A DNA stretch of 64,000 nt from Octopus bimaculoides (lineage: Eukaryota), in NCBI RefSeq assembly GCF_001194135.2, contig NC_068985.1, positions 54,231,908-54,295,907 on the forward strand, given 5' to 3'. The translations under genes were made by a program, and so were the position numbers. The notes below the pieces were generated by a model. The model saw only the letters and a program-made list of their open reading frames with translations, had not been told where the DNA came from and did no database searches. Positions 50,346 to 63,119 of the stretch are shown piece by piece. The number at the start of each line of letters is the position of its first letter. Positions within the stretch are counted from its first letter, which is position 1.

Positions 50346-50675
50346 CCTCCACACCTACAATCATTTATGTTATTTAGGCAATGAAGACATTTCCACAAAA
50401 CTGAAACAATGGAATAAAACTGGTTTTATACTGAGGTCAAGGTTAGAGCCAGGGGTTAAGAAATGCCCACAGGACTAACAAAAGCATTTTAATAAATAAC
50501 AGTACAAAAACAAAAACAACAAAAAAAAACAAACATAAGTTTTAAGTTGTGGTAAACACGAATATATATAATCAAGTAAACTGGGATGGAGACTGCTTAA
50601 CCAAATTACTGTATTTGAGTGCATAAAAAGATGTGTGGATATATGAGATGTTCCTTCGATTTCAGCAGTACATAC

Positions 50676-51101
50676 TCTCTTTACTCTTTTACTTGTTTCA
50701 GTTATTTGACTGCGGCCATGCTGGAGCACAGCCTTTGGTCGAGCAAATCGACCCCAGGACTTATTCTTTGGAAGCCTAGTACTTATTCTATCGGTCTCTT
50801 TTGCCGAACCGCTAAGTTACGGGGACGTAAACACACCAGCATCGGTTGTCAAGCGATGTTGGGGGGACAAACACAGACACACAAACACACACATATATAT
50901 ATATATTTATATATATATATATACATATACATATATACGATGGGCTTTTTTCAGTTTCTGTCTACCAAATCCACTCACAAGGCTTTGGTCAGCTCGAGGC
51001 TATAGTAGAAGACACTTGCCCAAGGTGCCACACAGTGGGACTGAACCCGGAACCATGTGGTTGGTAGGCAAGCTACTTACCACACAACCACTCCTGCACC
51101 T
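50676..51101 (-). mobile_element. SINE family A, young full-length copy
   Basis: Near-identical to 38970-39365. Older family-A copies lie at about 5345-5597, 11790-12120, 23035-23420, 36330-36480, 43030-43200, 48925-49140, 49905-50250, 54850-55010, 57140-57300, 59750-59915 and 60176-60500. Confidence 0.9.
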
Positions 51102-51627
51102 ATAGAAAAAAAAAAACCTTTTTGGTGTATTAAAGCTTGTGGGAAGTCCAACTTTGCATATAGGACCCAGGATAATATTTTTGACACATTTTTGGGTGAA
51201 AAAAGTTTTTTATGACATCATATAGGGTATGTACAATGAAACAGAAGAAGACAAATTCACCAGAAGATTTCTCAATTACAAAAAACAAGATTTTGTCGAC
51301 AACACAGGGCAACATGACAATTTCTCATCATTCACTCATTCATTCATTCAACATCTGTATTTTTTTTTCATACTAGGAAGGGTTTGGATGGGGAGTTACT
51401 TGAAGCAGAACTTTATGGCTTGATGCTCTTCCTGTCAGTAACCCTTATCTGTTTTTGAAGTAATTTTATTATTCCACAAATTTATAAATAGCACAAACCA
51501 GCAGGTCATAATGTCAACAAGGAACACCAACATCAGCACTGCTCCAATCAAGCAGTGACAGTGTAGAACATAAATATACACATACAATCACTCACATGAG
51601 TGCATTTATATGTAAATATATATATAT

Positions 51628-51850
51628 ATCATCATCATCATCGTTTAACGTCCGCTTTCCATGCTAGCATGGGTTCGACGATTTGACTGAGGACTGTTGA
51701 ACCGGATGGCTGCACCAGGCTCCAATCTGATCTGGCAGAGTTTCTACAGCTGGATGCCCTTCCTAACACTAACCACTCTGAGAGTGTAGTGGGTGCTTTT
51801 ATGTGCCACCGGCACGAAGGCCAGTCAGGAGGTACTGGCAACGGCCCACA
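51628..51850 (-). mobile_element. Stand-alone copy of the RTE 3' UTR (extreme 5' truncation or SINE-like derivative)
   Basis: Closely matches 8815-9060, including the (CAT)n end. Further diverged copies lie at about 6530-6830, 18270-18450, 23995-24250, 28915-29150, 41860-42050, 52860-53200, 55030-55260, 56860-57080, 58040-58320 and 60960-61170. Confidence 0.8.
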
Positions 51851-52059
51851 CATGCATACATATACATACAACCATTTTTAGCACTGGTGGCATGAAATAA
51901 GTACCCAGTACATGCTACAAGTGGTTGTTGTCAAGAAGGGCATCATCAAGTCATAAAAACCATGCTAAAGCAGACACTGGAGTACATTGCAGTCATTGGG
52001 ACCATCAAATCCTGTCAAACCATCCAACATATGTCAGCATGATGATGATAATGATGACA

Positions 52060-52215
52060 TACATGCACATGTCAAAGATCAAAGTTTTAGTAAGTAGGAA
52101 AATAGATAGCACTTTGTTTCCATCAGGGAAATGGCCTTACTTGATATGTAGGAAAAGTATAGGTAGAAATTCTACAAGGCATGTCTAAAGCAGCTGTGGA
52201 CATACAAGAAATCCA
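52060..52215 (+). mobile_element. Decayed RTE fragment (RT end and start of the Cys-rich finger)
   Basis: KIKVLVSRKIDSTLFPSGKWPYLICRKSIGRNS aligns with KTKVLISRK...SGRWPCSICRKGVGRNS at 9500-9610. Confidence 0.75.
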
Positions 52216-52503
52216 GTGGTGTAGCTTTATTCAACCCCACCACCATACTTATTATTCAACTCCGCTCTCTAACCCTAATCCTCACAATACCTTATGAAAT
52301 GAGGGATTAGTATCCCCATCATTACACTTAGCCACTCCCTCTCCTCTAAGATACTTATGATTGGCATACACCACACTTCGATTATCATTACCCACCTCTA
52401 CAACTGTCCATCAATCACTCACCCTTTTACCATTAAACAAGTAGTTGCCATCACTGCCTCTCTCCCATTAACTCCTGGTATTATTGTTTTTCTCTTCTAT
52501 TAC

Positions 52504-52712
52504 TTTTGCCTGGCATGCTCACAATTCTGCCAGCTCACCACCTTACAAAGCATATATAATGCAAGGTAGCAATGCAACTCCTGTACAGCAAGATACTTGT
52601 TTCTGTCCTTTCTTTCATATTTTACCTTCTCAACACTTAGCGAAGGGTGCTTTTTAAGTGTTGCAATTTTCATGGTGACCTCACTGGTGCTGTCACCATG
52701 AAAAACAAAAAG
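52504..52712 (+). repeat. Exact 209-bp direct repeat, copy 1
   Basis: Identical by eye to 54330-54538. Confidence 0.92.
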
Positions 52713-53289
52713 CTACTGTTACACACTCCTCTATCATCAATCCCCTTTCACACTAATAAATATATTACTCCTATCATACTTTCCTTTATCTCACTAGCTT
52801 TAAAACTTCATCTTCTGTCATCCCACTCTCTTTTCATCTCCTTAGCAAAGTGGAAACTATTCAGTATTGTGATTTACATGACAACCTCACTGGTGCTGGT
52901 GCCATGATAACATGCACTGGTTCATGCAATGAAGTGGTTGGCAAATTCGGCAGAGATAATGTAGGGTTGAGAGGACCCTTTAGTCTTGTTGAAGACAAGA
53001 CATTCTCTCTAGTGTTGGTGCCAAAGTAAAATATATCCAGTTCACTCTGTAAAGTGATTGGTGATAGGAGTGGCATCCAGTCATAGGAACCATGCTAAAA
53101 TGGAGTTGTCTGAGCAAGATTTGGTGCTTTAAGCCATCTATGAACACAGTAATTCCAAATAAGAACAGCTCAAATTGTGACAGTCTGTCTAACCCATTGC
53201 TGTACAGGCAAACTGATTTAAAAATGAAGATGATAATTGAATAGTTCTGTGTATATGTATGTGTGAATGCACATATATGTGTATGCATA

Positions 53290-53334
<45 letters not shown>

Positions 53335-53790
53335 GGGTGTGCGTGCGTGCGTGCGCGCGCGCATGCAAACAGGTATACTTATATGTACATGTTACTATGT
53401 CTTAAAATCTGAAATGATTTAAGCCAAAGTTTAGCAATAATTAAACCCAAGTAATTTAGTTTATCATTCCACTATGATTTCACCTAACATCTGTTTTTTA
53501 TGTTTACAAGATTTAAATAAAAGTATGAGATCATCAGTAAAGCCGTCAGTAGCCACAATATACAGTAAGAGCTAATTACATTGGGTGTACAAGAGCCGCA
53601 GAGAAAAAGAGATTGAACATTTTTTCAACAGTTGTAGTATTTAAGCACACAGGAGGGTGGAATTTAGAGAGTGTGAGAGAAAGAGAGAGGGTGAAAGATG
53701 GTAGGAGTGATGTGAGAAGGGAGTAAGAGAAGGTGAGTGAGAAGCAAATTAGAAAATGAAAAAGGAGGAAGAAAATGTGTCCATGTGAGA

Positions 53791-53827
<37 letters not shown>

Positions 53828-54329
53828 AGAACAAACTAACAGGGAGGGAGAGAGCATGAATAAGGACTGTAAGAGAAAGGAGGAGGATCAGAATGAAAAA
53901 TGAAACAAAAAATGAAAATAGGAAGCAGGGAAATACAGAGACAGGAGTAGTGTGTAAATAAGAGAGGTCTGCCTCGAAAGGGTCTGGTTGATCAAATCAA
54001 CCCAGTACATATTTTAAGTCAGGTACTTACTTCCTTTATCAATCTCTTCTTGATGAAGCACTCAGTTAAAAGGACATAAACAAACCAAAATCGGTTGTCA
54101 AGCAATGAGAGATCAATGCAAACATACATGCATACACACATACACAACGCATATATAATCCTTTCTATTTATAGGCACAAGGCCTGAAATTTGGGATGAG
54201 GGGGCTAGTTGATTATATCAACCCCAGTGCTCAACTGGTACTTATTTTATTGACCCTGAAAGGATGAAAGGTAAAGTCGACTATGTCGGAATTTGAACTC
54301 AGAATGTAGAGACAAAGTACTGCTAAGCA

Positions 54330-54538
54330 TTTTGCCTGGCATGCTCACAATTCTGCCAGCTCACCACCTTACAAAGCATATATAATGCAAGGTAGCAATG
54401 CAACTCCTGTACAGCAAGATACTTGTTTCTGTCCTTTCTTTCATATTTTACCTTCTCAACACTTAGCGAAGGGTGCTTTTTAAGTGTTGCAATTTTCATG
54501 GTGACCTCACTGGTGCTGTCACCATGAAAAACAAAAAG
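54330..54538 (+). repeat. Exact 209-bp direct repeat, copy 2 (continuous with the SINE family-B copy to its left)
   Basis: Identical by eye to 52504-52712. Confidence 0.92.
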
Positions 54539-55810
54539 AAGCACCCAGCACAATCTGTGAAGCGATAGATGTTAAGAAGGGCATCAAACCAAGAAGATTC
54601 TGGAGTGAAATGTTGTCCTCCAGCTTGCTGGATCTTGTCAAACCATCCAAACCATGGCAGCATGTATGTTCAATTATGATCAACCTCCATACAGTTTCTT
54701 TCGACCAAATTCACTCACAAAGCATTGCTTAGCCCTGGGCAATAGTTGAAGGCTACATAGTCAGAATGAACCTGAAATCACTTGGTTGTGAAACAGACCA
54801 TATAGGCCATGTCTGCCTGCAAACACTAACACACACACACTCTCTCTCTCTCTCTAGGCATGGGTGTGTGGTTGAGAAGTTTACTCCCCAACCATGTAGT
54901 CTTGGGTTGATTTCCACTGTGGCACTTTGGGTGAATGTCTTCTCCTATAGCTTCAAGCCAATCTAAGCTTTGTGAGTGGATCTCGTAGATGGAAATGGAA
55001 AGATGCTTACTGTGGGTATGTGTGTATATATCACCATCATTTAATGTCCATTTTCCATGTTTGTATGGGTTGGGTTGTTTGAGAGAAGCTGACCTGCTCA
55101 AGAGCTACCCAGGCTCCAATTATCGGTTTTGGCATGGTTTCTAGGGCTGGATGCCCTTCCTAATGACCAACCAACCAACCAACCACTTTACAGAATGCAC
55201 TGGGTGCTTTTACATGGCAACCAGCATGGATGTTTTTTATGTGGCACCAGCACAGGTGCTTTTTATATGGCATACTTGTATTTGTCCCCAACCTTTGCAT
55301 GACAACCAGCATAGGTAGTTCAGCAAAAGAAACCAATAGGATAAGTACCAGTCTTTAAAAAATAAGTACTGAAATCGAGTTGTTTGACTAAACTCCTCAA
55401 GGCAGTGCCCCAGCATAGCTGCAGTCCAAAGGACTGAAATGAATAACAGATGCATGAGATGTATATGTATATAAATATGCAGAAGGAGTAATATATTTAA
55501 CTCATAGATAAAAGTATCAAAGGTTACTGTTAGCAAAATTACTGGGTCCTAAACTTCTCCTTTAATTAAACATTAGCTGTTTGTAAAAATCAAAAGCCCA
55601 TGTATTGTTATATCCTTTACTTAATGCTATCAGCTAGCTGTTGTTATCAAAAAGGCTTCATTCTATAGTTATTACAATAAGCAGTTTCCACTAGGTGTAC
55701 TAATAAATAAAATCAAGAACTCATAAGGTCTATTCCTAAAAAAAAATGTAACACAAGCTTCATTTGTCTTAATACAGTAAATGTGTTTTGAGTCTGTGGA
55801 AATAACTCAC

Positions 55811-55860
55811 CTTGATAATTTTATCCCCTTGTTGCACCCCAGCTTTTGAGGCTGCTCCAT
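55811..55860 (-). CDS. ARHGEF11/12: Internal coding exon (50 nt, phase 1 to 0) of a PDZ-containing RhoGEF, ARHGEF11/12 (PDZ-RhoGEF/LARG/RhoGEF2)-like; encodes xGAASKAGVQQGDKIIK
   Basis: Minus strand reads ttttgtgtattttcag|ATGGAGCAGCC...AATTATCAAG|gtgagt, with canonical acceptor and donor. The peptide matches the LARG PDZ segment DGAAMRAGVQTGDRIIK as I recall it. It joins in frame to the exon at 43911-43968. Not in the ORF track. Confidence 0.9.
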
Positions 55861-58331
55861 CTGAAAATACACAAAAAAAACGGATTCCATTTCAGATAAA
55901 TGATAACGGATGACAAATAGGAAGTAGAAGAATATTACCAAAATAATAAAACAAACGCATACTTATAACATGAGCAACTAATATTTAAATTGAATATTGG
56001 CATCTCAAGGCAAGGTATAATTCAAAACCTTTTCTGTTATAGGCATAAGGTCTGAAATTTTGAGGGAAGGGTGTAGTCAATTTCATCAACCCCAGTACTT
56101 GACTAGTACTTGTATAAAATTGATGATTTAGCTCCACCAGCTAAACCATTTTTGATTGCACATCTAGATCAAAACTCTACACATATTACACACACATACT
56201 CACATCTGGTACACTACTCATACTATTATATACAAACAATTGGCACAATACTCTGACTATTTCACACATAAAGGTTTCATATATCACAGGCACACATCTA
56301 CATTCACCCTATTACATACATTCCACACTATTATACAAGCACACACACTAGGATCAATACGCACAATTACACACATACATTTTGGCTAACATCCAAATAA
56401 ACACATTCAATACATTATGTTAGTCTCTCTTAATACTCCTCTCTACAACCATTGGCTCAGTCCCACCGCTACTACACACACTACACTTCTGACCCTCAAA
56501 ACTCACCATTTTTATGCTACCCACTCACAACTTCAACTACTTGATACTCACACCATTCATCTTCCCAGAGAAATGTGGCTACACACTGACCACAACTCTA
56601 ACCCTAACCCTAACCCATACCCATAAGAACAACACAAATGCCACTATGTTGATTATCAATCAGGAACAGCTTAAAATATATATAGGTAAAGCAGGGGAAG
56701 GAACTGCTACAAAAACACCCTAAAACAACATCTGTTTCATAGAAAGACTTATTGTCTCGGTCTATTTGAAATGAAACTAAACTTGCTATTGTAGAAGAAC
56801 CTAAAAGGGATATCTTCAAAGATCCTAGGTTGCTTGTGCATTTTCTATCATCATCACCACTTTAGCATTCACTTTACCATGTTTACATTGGTTAGACGGA
56901 ATTTGTTGAGGCAGATTTCCTACAGCTGGATGCCCTTCTTGTTGCCAACCCTCATCTTGTTTCCAAGCAAGGTAATATTTTCCCCATGGCCAGAGATGTT
57001 TTTCACAGAACACAGGAAATGAACAACACTGATTGTATAAAACTGATGCTCATTTACAACCATTACATGATGTCAAGGCAAGGGCACACACACACACACA
57101 CACACAATGTGGAGGGACAGAGACAGACAGATAAATATACAATAGGTTTCTTCCAGTTTCTTTCTACTAAACCCACTCAGAAGACTTTGGTTAGTCTGGG
57201 ATGAAAGGAGAAGACACTTGCCCAAGGTGCTGTGCAGTGGGACTGAACCTGAGACCACATGGTTGGGAAGCAAGCTTCTCAGTTACAAAGCCACTGTTGC
57301 ACCAATATATGTAGCCATACCTGTGCCTATATATTTATATATATATATTTTATGGGTGCTATAAACAGACATAACTTCCTGTTTATCAAAGCAAGAAACT
57401 TAAAAAGCTTATAAAACTTTCATTACTTGAATTATTCTATTATTTCTTTGCTTAAGGAATCTAAATATTACATTTCTGTTACAGCAATCATCTCAAAACT
57501 GGATAAAAAATATATTTCTATTTTGAATGAATTAAATTCCATAAAACAAATAATATTTTTATATCACCCACATTACATTAGTGCTTCATTTTAGTACTGA
57601 TTTACACGCACATTGACTCAATGCTAGCATGAGAGAAAGAGCTCTATCAAATTTGGAGATTTGGTTAAGCTGGGGAAAATAATTTAACAGCTTAGACGTT
57701 CTGCCTATAATTATTCAACCATGATACTTAATGGATTTATGGGTGCTTTTCCTGGAGGCAATACAGTCAAAAGTAGTACAGCCTGAAGTCTTAACCAAGA
57801 GCTACATGCATGCACACATGCATATATCCAACAGCAAAAATTGCACTTTATTAAGTTTCAAACAAAAATAGTTACAAACAACAAAGCACAAACATAATCA
57901 TGTCATTCTGAGACCTTCCCCACTGTATGGCTTCTTGGATAGGTGTCTGATAATGTACCTAAGTTGATCAATGCCTTGCAAATGGAATTTAATGGGGGGG
58001 GGGGAACTTTTCAGAAGTCCAGTGCACATATTTACATATAATCATCTCATTTACAATCCTTTTTTCCATGCTGGCATGAGTTGGATGGTTTGACAAGATC
58101 CAATAATCCAGAGGACTATGTTGAGCTCCAACATCTGCTTGACATGGTTTTTACAGCTGGATGTTCTCTCTGATAGCAACCACTAAACAGTGTGTACTGG
58201 GTGCTTATCTATGGCACCAGCACTTGTGAGGTCACTGAATAACTTGCAAGACAAGACCCCCTCATAGGTGGGAGGTTGCACTGAGTGAGGTAGTTTTGTG
58301 TCAGCTGATGAAGGGCTAAAGTATGCATGCG

Positions 58332-58370
<39 letters not shown>

Positions 58371-60704
58371 TATGCATATATGTTAATATCCTCCAATCCT
58401 TCACGCTCCCTCACATTACTTCTTCCAATCACCACTGTCATACATCATGCCCCTTCCCTCACTCTTCTTTCATTACTCACTGCCCTACCAATCTGTTTCT
58501 CCCATCATACTTATACTCTCTCTTCTTTCACTCTCTCCTCCAGATTATTTCTCTTTGGCATCTCTGTCTTTTACCCACCTTTTCAGTCATGTCTGCTTTG
58601 AACACACAAAGACAACTTTTTAGTCTTGCAGGGAACAAGACAACCATACTAATATGCTGGTGCCATACTAAAGTGACTGGTAAACAGAGTCAATATAGAT
58701 AGGATCCTTTAACTTTACTCCTCTAGTGATGGTACTACAACAAAATGCATTAAATAGGCTCTGTCATAGTGGGTGGCATTAATAAGGGTATCTAGCTGTA
58801 GAAACCTCATCAAAAATAGAACATACAAGCAAAACATGGTTCTCTGAAAGTGTCTAAGAGGATAGTAATGCCAAATAAGAACTGATACATTATCAATCCA
58901 GCTGAAACCAGCTCTGGCTCTGTTAGTACAAATGTCTTGTTTTCATAAATTTTGAATTAAAATTTTCCACCAAACCTTAGTCACAATTAATGTTCCTAAC
59001 ACTAGCTTAATGATAACTAAGTTATTTGACTAAATTCTTTGTTATAGCTAAAATAATTGAGAGAAACACAGAGCATTTCAAAATAAATACATAATGAAAG
59101 GGTTAATAGCTACACTGGCATAGTCATATACTGTATATGGATGATGAGAGATAGTTGAAGAAGTGCCAGGAGATTGTCTGGAGGAAGGAAGGCCAATGAA
59201 AATATGTGCAGAAGTGGTGAAGGCCGATCTCAGGAAGCTGAACCTCACAAAGGAACACAACAAGTGGTGGGGTATCATGTTGGAGGGGATTTGTGCAATG
59301 CATGCAAGCATGGGAAAACAGGCATAGAAATGGGAGCAGCAGTGGTGGTGGTAATTGTGACAGGTAGTTGCAGCAGCTGTGATGGCAGTGGTGGTAGGTA
59401 CTGAATAGTCAATCTAACTCCCTTATAAAAAAATATGTTTTCTAAGCTAAAATATAACGGTGACTACAATTCAAACTGTCAAGCTGATCACTTCACCAGA
59501 ATACAATACGCATGCAAATAACATAACAACAGCAAACCAACAAAGGAGCCTTTATGTGGTCACCTAACTTGCATGAAACAGCAGTCACATTCCCCTCAAA
59601 TCACATCCTGCCATCTTAGAAAAGGGAACAATACATCAGGTAATATAGTCCAAGATACACCTAAGCAGATGAGATGTTGTTGATACTTTGATCACAGACA
59701 AAAACAACAACACAGCCAATAACACATCATCAAACCAGAAACCACGACAGGCACTGGTAGGGTTGTGTGGTAAAGAAGTCTGCTTCCCAAATATGTGGTC
59801 TTGGGCTTAGTTTCATTGTGTAACACTTTGGGCAAGTGAATCCTACTATAGCCCCAGATCAACCAAAGCCTTATGAGTGAATTCAGTAGACAGAAACTGA
59901 AGAAGGCTGTCTTGCGTCTGCGTGTGTGTGTGTGTGCGCGCGTGCGCGTGTGTAGTGGCATTTTGTTAATGTAACATTGATCAAAAGATGGAATGTAGTG
60001 AGACATGATGAATATAAGGTAGGGGCAAAAACGAGAGACAAGTGTTTTGCGGGGTTTTTTTTCTTTTAGGAATAAGGGAGATAACTCCTTAATACTTAGT
60101 AATTAATGTAAATTATCTAGCTGTGCTGGACAAAATTCAGTTAAATTAAAAATTTGGAATATATCTCATCTTTTATCTTTTACCTTGTTTTAGTCATTAG
60201 ACTGCGGCCATGTTTGGGCACCGCCTTGGAGAATTTTAGTTGAACTAATCGACTCCACTAATTTTTTCCCGCAAAGTTACGGGAACACAAACACACCAAC
60301 ACTGGTTGTCAAGCGTTGGTGGGGAACAAACACATACACACACAGGCAAACTTCTTCCAGTTTCCATCTTCACTCACAAAATTTGGTCAGCCCAAAGTTT
60401 TAACAGAAAAAACTTGCCCAAGGTGCCACACAGTGGGAGTGAACCTGGAACCATGTGATTGAAAAGCAAACTTCTTACCACACAGCCAAGCCTGCACCTG
60501 GAAATTGTGAAGGATACATGATAATTCTTCACTATTTGTTATTCATTTCTGGAGTAAAAGTAATTATCTGGTTTGCGTTTTAATAAATAAATAAAAATGT
60601 TTATACATCCCTGAAAACTTTGCTTTTAAAATTTACCAATGATCATTACATCACCACTGACAACCTGGAGCTGCAAACATACCTCAAAAAATAATTTCTA
60701 TTAA

Positions 60705-60930
60705 TGTATCGATGGATACCAACAGCTCCATAAAGAAGTGTTGATTTCTCAAAGTGGATGGAACTCATGGAAGAGGGAGACCCAAGAAGACATAGGACAA
60801 GGTACCAAAGGATAACCTCAGGATACTGAACCTTTCAGACTAGATGACAAAGGACCGAGATACCTGGTGCCTTGCTGTACCCAAGAAGACACGTCCTCCA
60901 CATCAGAAGTGTTAAAGCCAAACACCCTAG
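60705..60930 (+). mobile_element. Decayed RTE LINE 3' coding end
   Basis: MDTNSSIKKC*FLKVDGTHGRGRPKKT*DKVPKDNLRILNL...DRDTWCLAV. A similar, more decayed piece lies at about 59150-59270. Confidence 0.7.
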
Positions 60931-62291
60931 GAAAGACAATTGACCTGCAAGTGTCTTGTGCAGTTACCACATAAGAAGCAGTAGTGTTGGTGCCACATAA
61001 AAATACTAATGCCGGTACCACATTAAAAGCACCCAACACACACTGTAAAGTGGTAGGCTTTAGTACGGGCATCCAGCTGTAGAAACCATGCCACAACAGA
61101 CTGAAACCTGGTGCAGTTCTCCAGCTTTGCCATCGCTGCCAGCATGGAAAACAATCATTAAAAGATGATAAGTATCATTGATTGCAATGTGATTTGAATG
61201 CAGAATCACAGCTCCAAATAAAAAAAGCAGACACCCTTAACTATGTGCCAACCTAGACTTTCCAGCTGTGACCATTCCACCTCATTTTATTGGATGCACT
61301 ATATCTGAGACTACATTATATCTCTCTCTCTCTCATTAAAATATAAGGATGTGATATGAGGAAAATTCGGCTGCTATTTCTAACAGGATAAGCAACCACG
61401 AAGAGGCTTCCTCGAAAGTTGTTGACCATAACAAGAAAATCCCTGAAACCAATTTCCCATTCTTGAGCCAATTACAGAGCCTCAACATGGCTGCTAGAAA
61501 TAGCAGCTAAATCTCCATGAGAATACATCCTATACTCTTAAAAAAAGAATACTTAACATAGTCATAGATGTACTCTAAAAAAAAATGGGGTGTAAAAGCT
61601 AGAGCATTTTTGATTAAAAAGGAGCTGGATTGAAGATGACCTGGGGGTACTAAACAGCAACACAACTATTTAATCTTGGGCTGAATAACAACATACAATA
61701 AAACAAAGTATGTGAAAAAAATTATTATTATTTTTATTATTATTATTATCATTACCTACAAAGTCCTCAGCGATTTAAAGAATTTTACATGTAGATTAAA
61801 TCTGCGTGCTTTTCAAGCCTATTTTATGTTATTAGATTTTTAAAAGGTCCAAGGAGCAGTTTGAACTGAGAATCTAAGATGGAACTCAAAACCAATTATT
61901 CCATTAGTAACTGCCTGACAGTTTAGCATTCAACAAACAGTTTTGATAAGAGTGAAACAGTTTAATGACAATATTTGAAGTTATCCAAGGGAAATAACTC
62001 TTGGAATTTTTTTTCTTTGATTTCACGGTCAACATTATTTGTTTTATTGTATGTATATGGGCGAGCGGAGGTGATTGAATCACGGGGTTATTTCAGCAAT
62101 TTAGAGCAGTAGGTCCACGACCGTTTTTTGTTTTAATCTTTCATTTCTTATTTTTAAAACAGCTGATTATTCAAATAAATAAAAAGCAAATTTTGTGCAG
62201 TGGTTTATCTTTTCCAGCAAGTGTCACTATTTTAGATATTTACATGCATTTTATTATTATCAATAATACGCTTTTTTGTTTTTGTACGTAC

Positions 62292-62460
62292 CTGTTGTGC
62301 GCGTCACACTTCAAAGAAGTGACAACGCGAGAGACGGGAGGACAGAGAGGAAATACGAGGGGAGAGAGAGAGAGAGAGACAGTGAATGGTGACGGCATTC
62401 GTTTTGTGCTTTTAAATGTTACAGAGAGGACGTAAGAGAGAAAAAAGAGAATCAGAGAGT
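62292..62460 (-). promoter_or_regulatory. Candidate CpG-rich promoter / first exon on the minus strand, ending at a strong donor
   Basis: CpG density over about 62040-62430 is visibly higher than in the CpG-poor bulk. Donor CAACAG|GTACGT ends the exon at 62292. A GA-rich tract and an N-gap lie upstream. An ATG at 62398 opens 35 codons to the donor. No transcript data. Confidence 0.45.
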
Positions 62461-63119
62461 GGGAGAGAAAGAGAGAGGGAGAGAGAGGGGGNNNNNNNNN
62501 NNNNNNNNNNNNNNNNNNNNNNNNNNNNNNNNNNNNNNNNNNNNNNNNNNNNNNNNNNNNNNNNNNNNNNNNNNNNNNNNNNNNNNNNNNNNNNNNNNNN
62601 NNNNNNNNNNNNNNNNNNNNNNNNNNNNNNNNNNNNNNNNNNNNNNNNNNGGGGGAGGGGAGGGAGAAAAGCGGGAGAGAAGAGGGACATAAAGGAAGAG
62701 AAAGAGAGAAAGTGGGAGAGAGACAGTAGATACATAAATCCAAAGAAAAGTTTTTACAGAGATACACAGACACAGCAAATATTGGCTGTCAGTTTCATTT
62801 TTCATTACTACACGAGCATAAAATTAACTCACAAATGGCTGAGTACTCTACAGACATGCATAATATTAACATAGTTCTCAGGGAGATTCATCCTCACACA
62901 GAATATGACAAGGCTGGCCCCTTTGAATAACAGCTACAGCTCCAGACATATAAATATGAATGTATTTGTGTGTGTGTGTGTGTGTGTATGGTGTGTAGTA
63001 ATAGGTTAGTTAAAACGTTTGCAATAATAAGTGTCGCGTGGTGGAAGTAAACGCAATTACCAAACTTTCATTCATAAATCTATTTATTATTTCGTTCTTT
63101 TGCCTTTCAATTTGTACAT

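Noticed and set aside
56598-56616. (TAACCC)3 as an interstitial telomeric site
   Set aside because: Only three units inside a C/A-rich low-complexity tract; not distinguishable from chance.
60637-60670. 34-nt minus-strand candidate exon LQVVSGDVMII (VSGD resembles TVSGD), in the right phase for the 50-nt exon
   Set aside because: Lacks the GYGL/GFGL loop and NPVFVQSV, and is far shorter than the expected exon; likely chance.
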